DNA of 64,000 bases from an uncultured Spirochaetales bacterium (lineage in GTDB: Bacteria; Myxococcota_A; UBA9160; UBA6930). Both the position numbers and the translations under genes were made by a program. Shown in pieces: positions 37,545 to 45,021 of this stretch. The notes under the pieces are model-generated. The model saw only the letters and a list, made by a program, of their open reading frames with translations. It searched no databases and was not told the DNA's origin. Every line of letters begins with the position of its first letter. Positions within the stretch are counted from its first letter, which is position 1. The stretch spans positions 4,243-68,242 of the forward strand of contig CAYWRY010000002.1 in the NCBI GenBank assembly GCA_964460485.1, given 5' to 3'.

Positions 37545-38438
37545 ATGCGGCAGGGCGCGACGAGCTTCGCGGCTGTGGCGGGGACGCAGAAGACGCCGGG
37601 CAGCATCGGCATGCTGCTGCTGCTGCCGCTCGTTCTGTGGGCGGTGGCGTTCGTGGTCGCGCCCGCGGCGATCATGCTCGCCTACAGCTTCCTCGAGCGC
37701 GGGACGCTGGGCGGCGTCGTGTGGGGCTCGCCGACGCTCGACAACTACGCGGGCGTCGGCGACCCAGTCTACCTGCGCATCGTGGTGCGCTCGATCGCCT
37801 ACGCGGCGTTCACCACCGCGATCTGTCTCGCCGCCGGCTACCCGGTCGCCTACCTGATCGGCCGCGCCGACGCGCGCTACCGCAACTTGCTCCTGATGCT
37901 CGTGATGGTGCCGTTCTGGACGAGCTTCCTGATCCGCACCTACGCCTGGGTGACGATCCTCAAGAGCCAAGGCTTCCTGAACTCGATGCTGCTGAGCTTC
38001 GGGATGATCCAGGAGCCGCTGGAGATGCTCTACACGCCGGGCGCCGTGATCATCGGGCTGGTCTACACGTTCCTGCCGTTCATGATCCTGCCGATCTTCA
38101 CCAGCGTGGAGAAGCTCGACGGAGCGCTGATCGAGGCGGCGCTCGACCTCGGCGCCGGGCCGGTGCGCGCCTTCTCGCGCGTGATCGTGCCGCTCACGTC
38201 GCCGGGCATCTCCGCCGGCGTGCTGCTCGTGTTCGTGCCGGCGCTCGGCATCTACGCGGTGAACGACATCCTGGGCGGCGGGCGCGTGGACATGATCGGC
38301 AACATCATCGAGAACCAGATCAAGGGGAACGCGCGCAACTGGCCCTTCGGAGCGGCGCTCGGGACCGCGCTGCTGCTCAGCTTCGCGGTCGCCTACTACT
38401 TCGTGAACCAACGGCAGCGCGCGGCGGAGGGGCGCTGA
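37545..38438 (+). CDS. potB: Spermidine/putrescine-type ABC transporter permease
   Basis: 6-TM permease with the EAA loop LIEAALDLGAGPVRAF. RBS is GAGGAGGAG. Confidence 0.9.
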   Translation: MRQGATSFAAVAGTQKTPGSIGMLLLLPLVLWAVAFVVAPAAIMLAYSFLERGTLGGVVWGSPTLDNYAGVGDPVYLRIVVRSIAYAAFTTAICLAAGYPVAYLIGRADARYRNLLLMLVMVPFWTSFLIRTYAWVTILKSQGFLNSMLLSFGMIQEPLEMLYTPGAVIIGLVYTFLPFMILPIFTSVEKLDGALIEAALDLGAGPVRAFSRVIVPLTSPGISAGVLLVFVPALGIYAVNDILGGGRVDMIGNIIENQIKGNARNWPFGAALGTALLLSFAVAYYFVNQRQRAAEGR

Positions 38439-38456
38439 GAGCGCCCGCGCGGCGCG

Positions 38457-39407
38457 TCAGAGTCGGGCGAGCAGCGCGCCGAGCGTGCGCGCGTCGCCGT
38501 TCGCGGCGAAGGCGATGCGGCCCTCGGCGTCGAGCACGTAGACGAGCGCCGGGTGCGCGAGTTGTCCCGTGTTCTCGTCGCGCTCTCGCGGCACGCGCCA
38601 GGCGTCGAGCACGGCGTTCACCTGTTCCGGCGCGCCGGACAGGACGGCGCCGTCGTCGCCGAGCCGCCAGCTCGCAGCGAGCGCGGGCAGGCGCGCGGGC
38701 GTGTCGCGCCACGGATCGAGGGTGACGACCACGAGCCGCGGCGCGCTCGCGGCGCCGCCGCGCGCGCGGGCCGCGCGCTGCGCAGCGAGCGCCTGGGAGA
38801 CGAGCGCGGGACACACGGCTTCGCAGTGCGCGAACGCGAACGTCACGAGCGCAGGGCGCCCGGCGAGCTGCGCGAGCTCGAGGCGCGCCCCGTGCTGGTC
38901 GACCAACCCGAGCGCAGGGGCGGGCCGGCCGAGGCGCGGGATCGCCGCTGCGTCGGCGAGCGCGGCGGCAGCCTCCGCGGCGACGTCCGGCGACGCGTTC
39001 GCCATCGCGAGCGTGGCGATCCGCGTGCCGCCGGCCGCCGCACCGAGCGCGACGAGCGCGGCGCACGCCGCGAGCGCCGCGCGCCCGAGGCCCGAGGCGC
39101 CGAGGCGCCGCAACCCGCTGCGCAGGCTCCGGCCGAAGGCGGCGAACAGGGCGACGCCGAGGCCGAGCGGCTCGCCGACGAGCAGCAGCCAGCCGCTCGC
39201 GCTCGGCATTCCGCTCGCGCTGGCGTTGAAGCACACCCAGCGCGCGCGAGCGAGCCACTCCGGCGGCTCGTCCGGCGCGGGCCACAGTGCGAGCGCCCAC
39301 CACGCCGCAGTCGCGAGCGCGAGCACCGCGAGTGCGAGCAGCGCCGCGCGTTCGTGCGCGGGCATGCCCGCTCGCCCCGTCACCGCGCTCGCGTTCGCCG
39401 CCGCCAT
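38457..39407 (-). CDS. SCO1/SenC-family copper chaperone fused to an N-terminal polytopic membrane domain
   Basis: The C-terminal thioredoxin-like domain has the CxxxC motif (FAHCEAVCP) and the conserved His (LAHPALVYVLD). The N-terminal ~130 aa have 3 predicted TM segments. ATG overlaps the stop of subunit I (ATGA). Confidence 0.8.
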   Translation of the reverse strand: MAAANASAVTGRAGMPAHERAALLALAVLALATAAWWALALWPAPDEPPEWLARARWVCFNASASGMPSASGWLLLVGEPLGLGVALFAAFGRSLRSGLRRLGASGLGRAALAACAALVALGAAAGGTRIATLAMANASPDVAAEAAAALADAAAIPRLGRPAPALGLVDQHGARLELAQLAGRPALVTFAFAHCEAVCPALVSQALAAQRAARARGGAASAPRLVVVTLDPWRDTPARLPALAASWRLGDDGAVLSGAPEQVNAVLDAWRVPRERDENTGQLAHPALVYVLDAEGRIAFAANGDARTLGALLARL

Positions 39408-41128
39408 CAGCCCACCTTCCACACGACGGAGAGCATCTTCCAGTTCACGAAGTAGTAGGTGACGAACGCGACCAGGAAGACGCCCACCAGCACCATCGTG
39501 CCCGGTGCGACGCCGAGCGCGTGGGGCGCGAGCGCCGCTTCGTCGCCCGCCACGAGCGCGCGCGGCGGGGAGATCAGCCCGAGCGGGAGGCCCTTCGCGG
39601 CGGCGCCACGGCCCGATTCGGCGGCGCCCAGGCGCCGGCCGAAGAACACCGACGCGACCGTCACCAGGATGTAGATCCCGCCGCCGGCGACTGCTAGCAG
39701 ACCGCCGAGCGCCATCACGCCGACCACGAGATCCACCGCCGGCGAGAACTCCACGCCGAAGGGCGCCTGGGAGAAGGTGATGTCCCAGTGCCGCCGCGGG
39801 ACGCCGAAGCTGCCCGCGAAGGTCATCGCCATCGAAAAGATCAGCATGCCGAGAGCGAACAGGTACGGCTGCACGCGCGCCAGCGGCATGAAGGCGATCT
39901 CGCGGCGAAAGATCAGCGGCACCACGTAATAAGTGATGCCCATGAATGCCATCGCCGTGCCCGAGACGACCGTCGCGTGGAAGTGGCCCGGAATGCGCAG
40001 CGTGTTGTGGGCGATGATGTTGATCTGCTCGGTGCCGAACGTGACGCCGGTGATGCCGCCGACGAAGCCAAACACCACCAGCGAGAGCACGAGCGAGCTG
40101 AAGCCGGGGTCGCCCCACGGCGCTCGCGCCAGCCAACCGAACAGTCCCTGCGTCGCGCCGCGCAGGCGCAAGCCGAGCTCGAGCCCGGCGGGCACCGTGA
40201 AGCCGTGGATCATGCTGGCGAGCACCGCCATGTACATGAAGTACGAGGTGTTCCAGACCTTCCAGGCGGGGCCGAAGCCGGGGTCGACGAGCAGGTGGTG
40301 CGCCGACGCCATCGAGATGAACAGGATGTAGAGCACGAAGGCGACGCGGCTGATCTTCTCGTTCAATACCACGCCGCCGACGGTGAGCGCGCCGAGCAGG
40401 TACCAGATCGACACCATCGCCGCGACGTTGATCTGCTGCGACGAGTGACCGAGTCCCCACCAGATCAACCGATAGAAGGACGGGTCGATCTCCAGCCAGC
40501 CCATCGACCAGAGCAGGGTCGGAACGTAGACGATCGCGCCGTGCAGCAGCGTGACGGTCGCGATGATCGCCGCGGTGAGCGCGCCGAAGGTGACGAGCGG
40601 CAGCGAGCCCTTCAAAACACCCTCGCGCTTTGCGACGGTGATCGTCGCGAAAAAGTGGCCCACCACGATCAGCGCGCCGACGGCGAACAGGATCACGCCG
40701 AGATAGAAGGGGGGCTCGGCGCGCAGCGGGACGTAGGAGGTGAAGAGCACGTCCGCCTTGCCGCTGAACATCATCCACTCGACCAGCGCGGCGCCGGCCG
40801 TCATCAGGCCGAAGGCGAGCCAGCCGAGCCGAGGCGCGGGCAGCCGCGCCGAGAGCAGCGGCGCGGCTGCGAAGTAGAGCACCGCCATCTCGAAGAACAG
40901 GATGAAGAAGATCAGCATGTTCATGCCGTGCACGGTGAGGATCCGGTAGAACCACACCGGATCGAGCAGGTGCACCGCCTGCCAGCGCGTCAGCAGCACG
41001 AGCAGCGCTGCGATGCCTCCGACGAGCAGCGCGATCGTCGCGGCGACCGCGTTGGCCTTGATCAGCGCGTCGGCGTGCGCGTCGACGAACAGGCCGGTGG
41101 AGGGGCAGGTTCGTCCCGCGGCGCTCAT
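39407..41128 (-). CDS. Heme-copper oxidoreductase subunit I, ba3 (B-family)-like but lacking the cross-link tyrosine
   Basis: Co-linear with T. thermophilus CbaA by eye: LTVHGMNMLIFF, WWGLGH, SAHHLLVDPGFGP, LRGATQGLFGWLARAPWGDP, HNTLRIPGHFHATV and GVPRRHW. GHPxVY is replaced by GHSSQQ. ATG at 41128 overlaps the subunit II stop. Confidence 0.9.
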   Translation of the reverse strand: MSAAGRTCPSTGLFVDAHADALIKANAVAATIALLVGGIAALLVLLTRWQAVHLLDPVWFYRILTVHGMNMLIFFILFFEMAVLYFAAAPLLSARLPAPRLGWLAFGLMTAGAALVEWMMFSGKADVLFTSYVPLRAEPPFYLGVILFAVGALIVVGHFFATITVAKREGVLKGSLPLVTFGALTAAIIATVTLLHGAIVYVPTLLWSMGWLEIDPSFYRLIWWGLGHSSQQINVAAMVSIWYLLGALTVGGVVLNEKISRVAFVLYILFISMASAHHLLVDPGFGPAWKVWNTSYFMYMAVLASMIHGFTVPAGLELGLRLRGATQGLFGWLARAPWGDPGFSSLVLSLVVFGFVGGITGVTFGTEQINIIAHNTLRIPGHFHATVVSGTAMAFMGITYYVVPLIFRREIAFMPLARVQPYLFALGMLIFSMAMTFAGSFGVPRRHWDITFSQAPFGVEFSPAVDLVVGVMALGGLLAVAGGGIYILVTVASVFFGRRLGAAESGRGAAAKGLPLGLISPPRALVAGDEAALAPHALGVAPGTMVLVGVFLVAFVTYYFVNWKMLSVVWKVG

Positions 41129-41715
41129 CGCTCGCCTCCTTCGCGGTCGTCGGCGTCGTCGTCCGCGCCGGCGGCCGGCAGCACGATCACCTTGCCGGTC
41201 ATCAGGTGGTGCCCGATTCCGCAGAACTCGTTGCAGATGATCGAGAACTCGCCGTGTGCGTTGGGCTTCACGCGCAGCGCGTAGTCGTACCCGGGCACGA
41301 CCTGGAAGTTCACGTTGACCGGGAAGAGGTGGAAGCCGTGGTTCACGTCGATCGAGGAGAGGTGCAGCGTGTACTCCGCCCCCTCGCGCAGCCGGAGGAT
41401 CGGCAGCCACGACCACATCGACGCCTGGAGGTAGACGTCGCTGCCCGGCGGCGGCTCGACCACCGGGAAGCCGTTCTCGTCACCCACCTGATGTGCGGCG
41501 ATGAACTCGGCGACGCGCGTCGCGTACGCGGCGGCCGTCACGCGATGGCGGATGCCCGACGGGTTCTGTCCGCCGCGCAGGTGCCAGAGCGGCATCATCG
41601 CGAACAGCACGAGACACCACGCGAAGGCGATCGCGACCCACACCTTCTCGCTGCCGTGGACCGGCTTCCACCAGATCCGTTCCGGCGCTTCGATTCCCGA
41701 GTGGTACACGCGCAC
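41125..41715 (-). CDS. Heme-copper oxidoreductase subunit II with a complete CuA site
   Basis: One TM segment plus a cupredoxin domain. CuA ligands are present in SIDVNHGFH and CNEFCGIGHHLM (C-x3-C-x3-H-x2-M). It aligns to ba3 CbaB. Confidence 0.9.
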   Translation of the reverse strand: MRVYHSGIEAPERIWWKPVHGSEKVWVAIAFAWCLVLFAMMPLWHLRGGQNPSGIRHRVTAAAYATRVAEFIAAHQVGDENGFPVVEPPPGSDVYLQASMWSWLPILRLREGAEYTLHLSSIDVNHGFHLFPVNVNFQVVPGYDYALRVKPNAHGEFSIICNEFCGIGHHLMTGKVIVLPAAGADDDADDREGGER

Positions 41716-41724
41716 TCCTCCGAG

Positions 41725-41889
41725 TCAGGGCAGCGGCGCGTCGCCCAGCGACGCGAGCTCGAGCAGCCCCCAGCCCGTGTAGAAGACGAACATCACGACC
41801 AGGCAGGCGGCGAGGAGCAGGAACGGCCGATCGAAGAGCCGCTGGCCGAGCGGCACCTCGTCGCCTGCGCGCTGCGGGGATTCCGTCAT
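41725..41889 (-). CDS. Small single-TM peptide, possible subunit IIa analogue
   Basis: 54-aa ORF at the 3' end of shadow ORF 41725..43587. AGGAGG lies 4-9 nt upstream of the ATG. One TM segment (FLLLAACLVVMFVFYTGWGLL). It lies 9 nt upstream of subunit II. Confidence 0.55.
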   Translation of the reverse strand: MTESPQRAGDEVPLGQRLFDRPFLLLAACLVVMFVFYTGWGLLELASLGDAPLP

Positions 41890-42027
41890 GTGAGCCTCCT
41901 TCGCGCCCGGCCCCGGACGCCGCACACACTGCTGCGGTGCAAGCGGTGCGCCGATCTCGACAGGGAACGGCGCCTGCAAAGACGGAGGCGGCCGAGCGCC
42001 CTCGTTGCCCGCCAACTGCGAGACTTC

Positions 42028-43731
42028 ATGACGGAAAGCCGAGATCGAACGGCGCCGAGCGGCGGCGCGCGCGAGCCGCTCGAGAAGGGCGGCGGGCGCG
42101 GGCCTGCGCCAAGCGGCCCCAGCGTGGTGCGTCTCGCCTCGTCCGATTCGTCGACGGCCGCGCGCCTTCCGGGGCTTCGCGCAGCGGCGCTGAAGCCGCT
42201 CGCCGCGGCGGACGCGGCCCTCACACGCCTGCTCGGCTGGGAGGCGAACCCGCTCCACCAGACGGGCGCCGTCGCCGCCCTCGCGTTCCTGGTCATGCTC
42301 GCGAGCGGCCTCTACCTGCTGCTGCTCTACCGGGTCGGCGCGCCGTACGAGTCCATGCAGGCGATCCAGGCACAGGCGCTCGCGGGCCGCTGGCTGCGCG
42401 CACTGCATCGCTACGCCGCCGACGCCGCGGTGATCGCGGTGGCGCTGCACGTCTTCCGGATGTGGGCGCAGGGACGGAGCTGGGGCCCGCGCTCGCTCGC
42501 TTGGCTCTCGGGCCTCGTGCTCGCGGGACTGCTCTTCCTGAGCGGCTGGACCGGCTACGTGATGGTGTGGGACGAGCACGCGCTGGTGCTCGCGCGCGAG
42601 GGCGCACGGCTGCTCGACGCGCTGCCCTTCTTCGCCGAGCCGCTCGCGCGCACCTTCTCGGGCGAGCGCGCGATGCCGAGCGCCTTCTTCTTCTTGAACC
42701 TGTTCGCGCACGTCGCGGTGCCCGTCGGCATGGCGGCGCTCCTGCTCGTGCACGTCGCGCGCATCGCGCGCCCGCAGCTCCTGCCGCCGTGCAAGCTCGC
42801 GCTCGGCTTCATGCTCGCGCTCGCCGCGCTCTCGGTGGTGCTGCCGGCGCCGCTGCCGCCGCGTGCCGATCCGCTCGCGCTGCCGCGCGAAGTGCCGCTC
42901 GACCTCTTCTACGCGTTCTGGCTCCCGGTCACGCGGGCGCTCCCGCCGATCGGCGCCTGGGGCGTGCTCGTCGCGCTCACGCTGGCGGCCGCGAGCGCGC
43001 CGTGGTGGACGCGGCCGCGGCGCGCCGCGCGTGCGGCGCCTTCCACCGTCGACCCCGAGCTGTGCACGGGCTGCGAGCAGTGCTCGCTGGACTGCCCCTT
43101 CGACGCGATCGCGATGGTGACGCGCGCCGCTCCGCGAGACGCCGCGGCCGCCGGCCGCTCGGAGCGGCACGCCCTGGTGAACGCCGAGCGCTGCGTCTCG
43201 TGCGGAGTGTGCGCGGGCTCTTGTGCGCCGATGGCGATCGGGCCGCCCGGGCGCGCGGGGCGCGACCAGCTCGCGGCGGCCCGCGCGTTCGTCGCGAAGG
43301 CGGAGCTCGCTCACCCCGACGTGGTCGTGATCGCCTGCCGGAACGGCGGCGGCGCGAGGGAAGCCGCCGGGGCGCAGCAGTTCGCCGTCGACTGCGCCGG
43401 CGCGCTGCACAGCTCGGTGGTCGAGCTGTTCCTGCGCAGCGGCGCCGGCGGCGTGCTGGTGGCCGCCTGCTCGCCGCGCGACTGCCGCGCGCGCGAAGGG
43501 CCCAAATGGCTCGGCGAGCGGCTCTTCCAGGAGCGCGAGGCGGAGCTGCACGCGCGCGTCGATCGCACGCGCGTGCGCGTCGTCCACGCGGGCGCGGGTG
43601 AGCGCGCTGCCTTCGCCGCCGCGCTCGCCGACTTCCGCCGCGAGATCGCGGTGCGCGGGCGCAGCGAGGTGGAGCCGCCGGCGCCGCTCGAGCCGGAGTG
43701 CGCCGCGAGCGCGCAGGGAGCCCAGCGATGA
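42028..43731 (+). CDS. Fusion protein: di-heme cytochrome b (N-terminal type) + 2x[4Fe-4S] ferredoxin + MvhD/FlpD-like Fe-S domain
   Basis: Two H-x13-H pairs (LHRYAADAAVIAVALH; AHVAVPVGMAALLLVH) lie in TM helices. CTGCEQCSLDCP and CVSCGVCAGSCAP are cluster motifs. The C-terminal four-Cys pattern (IAC...VDCAG...GVLVAACSPRDC) resembles the hydrogenase delta subunit. The start is uncertain, because ATG 42028 has no clear RBS. Confidence 0.8.
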   Translation: MTESRDRTAPSGGAREPLEKGGGRGPAPSGPSVVRLASSDSSTAARLPGLRAAALKPLAAADAALTRLLGWEANPLHQTGAVAALAFLVMLASGLYLLLLYRVGAPYESMQAIQAQALAGRWLRALHRYAADAAVIAVALHVFRMWAQGRSWGPRSLAWLSGLVLAGLLFLSGWTGYVMVWDEHALVLAREGARLLDALPFFAEPLARTFSGERAMPSAFFFLNLFAHVAVPVGMAALLLVHVARIARPQLLPPCKLALGFMLALAALSVVLPAPLPPRADPLALPREVPLDLFYAFWLPVTRALPPIGAWGVLVALTLAAASAPWWTRPRRAARAAPSTVDPELCTGCEQCSLDCPFDAIAMVTRAAPRDAAAAGRSERHALVNAERCVSCGVCAGSCAPMAIGPPGRAGRDQLAAARAFVAKAELAHPDVVVIACRNGGGAREAAGAQQFAVDCAGALHSSVVELFLRSGAGGVLVAACSPRDCRAREGPKWLGERLFQEREAELHARVDRTRVRVVHAGAGERAAFAAALADFRREIAVRGRSEVEPPAPLEPECAASAQGAQR

Positions 43732-44225
43732 CGCGCCTCGCCGGGGTCGCCCTCGCGCTCGCGCTGCTGGGCGCGCTCGCCTGGGGCACGCGCGCGCCGT
43801 TGCCGGCGAGCGCAGAGGACGCTGCCATCCGTCTCGCGTGGCGCGCGCTGGGGGAGGCCGCGCTGCACTGTCGAACGCCGAGTGCCGAGGAGCTGGCGCG
43901 CTTGCCTGCGCACATGCGCCGCAAGGAGATCTGCGAACGCCGCCTTCCGACCTTCCGCCTCGAGGTGGACGTGGACGGCGTGCGGGTCGTCGAGGATCGC
44001 GTCGAGCCGGCGGGAGCGGCGGGCGACCGCCCGGCCGTGGTGCTCCGGGAGCTCGCCGTCGCGCCCGGGGATCATCGCCTGCGCGTCTCGTTCCGCGCGG
44101 AACGCGAGGGCGCAGCGCCGCCGAAGCTGCTGGATCGGCGCTTCGCGCTGGCGGCCGGCGAGGTGGCCCTCGTGATGGAGGACCCGGCCAGCCGCGAGCT
44201 CGTGCTGCGCACCCGCGGCCGCTGA
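43728..44225 (+). CDS. Hypothetical exported protein coupled to the cytochrome b fusion gene
   Basis: ATG overlaps the upstream stop (ATGA). Signal peptide-like N-terminus (LAGVALALALLGALAWG). No family recognised. Confidence 0.55.
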   Translation: MTRLAGVALALALLGALAWGTRAPLPASAEDAAIRLAWRALGEAALHCRTPSAEELARLPAHMRRKEICERRLPTFRLEVDVDGVRVVEDRVEPAGAAGDRPAVVLRELAVAPGDHRLRVSFRAEREGAAPPKLLDRRFALAAGEVALVMEDPASRELVLRTRGR

Positions 44226-44251
44226 CGGCCCGACGGGCGGGCGCGGGAAGT

Positions 44252-44274
44252 CCGCGAGCCGCGGCCGCTCGCGG
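44252..44274. terminator. Short GC hairpin after the 43728..44225 gene (CCGCGAGC-N7-GCTCGCGG)
   Basis: 8-bp stem with a 7-nt loop, 27 nt after the stop. There is no U-tail. Confidence 0.3.
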
Positions 44275-44397
44275 GCTCCCGTCTTCGGCGCGGCCTGCAA
44301 GATCTCCGCGCCCCGTTCGTATGGACCCGGCGTGGACGCGATCTCGCTCATTGCCGCGCCCGGGTTCGGGCCGTTCGGGTTAGGGTGGCGCCATTTC

Positions 44398-45021
44398 ATG
44401 GCGTCTCGGGAACCTGGGGAGGCGGCGGTGCGACCGGGCTCGGCGACCGCGCGCGCAGTCGCCGCGACCGGACCCTCGTCGCCGCTGGACCACGAGGGGC
44501 TCGCCGCCCACTACGCCGCGGACGTGCTGCGCCTGTGCCGCCGCATGCTCGGCCACGCCCACGACGCCGAGGAGGCGCGCAGCGAGACCTTCCTGCGCGC
44601 CCAGCAAGCCGCAGCGAGCTGGGACGGCCGGCCGCTGCGCGCCTGGTTGCTGAGCATCGCCGCCCATCACTGCGTGGATCGCCTGCGGCGCCGCGCGCTG
44701 GAGGGGCGGCTCTTCGAGGCGAGGGACCTCGACGCCGGGGATCTTCCGGCCGGCGCGCCGAATCCGCTCACGCTGCTGCTCGCCCGCGAGCGCAGCGTCC
44801 AGCTCGAGGCCGCGCTCGAGGCGCTGCCCGACAAGTACCGCGCGCCGCTCGTGCTGCGCTTCCTCGCGGACCAGAGCTACGGCGAGATCTCCGCTGCGCT
44901 CGGCGTGACGGAGGCGCAGGTCGCGGTGCTCGTGTTCCGCGCGAAGGCGAAGCTGCGCGAGGCGCTCGCGGAGGCGCCGCGCGCGCGCGGCCCCGCTGCG
45001 CAGCGGAGGGCGCAGTCGTGA
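44398..45021 (+). CDS. ECF-type RNA polymerase sigma factor
   Basis: Region 2 (ARSETFLRAQ, LRAWLLSIAAHHCVDRLRRR) and region 4 (QSYGEISAALGVTEAQVAVLVFRAKAKL). ATG at 44398 within ORF 44332..45021. Confidence 0.85.
   Translation: MASREPGEAAVRPGSATARAVAATGPSSPLDHEGLAAHYAADVLRLCRRMLGHAHDAEEARSETFLRAQQAAASWDGRPLRAWLLSIAAHHCVDRLRRRALEGRLFEARDLDAGDLPAGAPNPLTLLLARERSVQLEAALEALPDKYRAPLVLRFLADQSYGEISAALGVTEAQVAVLVFRAKAKLREALAEAPRARGPAAQRRAQS

Noticed and set aside
41890-42027. FNR/NnrR/DNR-type box (TTGAT-N4-ATCAA) in the divergent promoter between the oxidase operon and the cytochrome b fusion
   Set aside because: The only resemblance is TTGCCCGCCAAC, which has the wrong half-site spacing and sequence.
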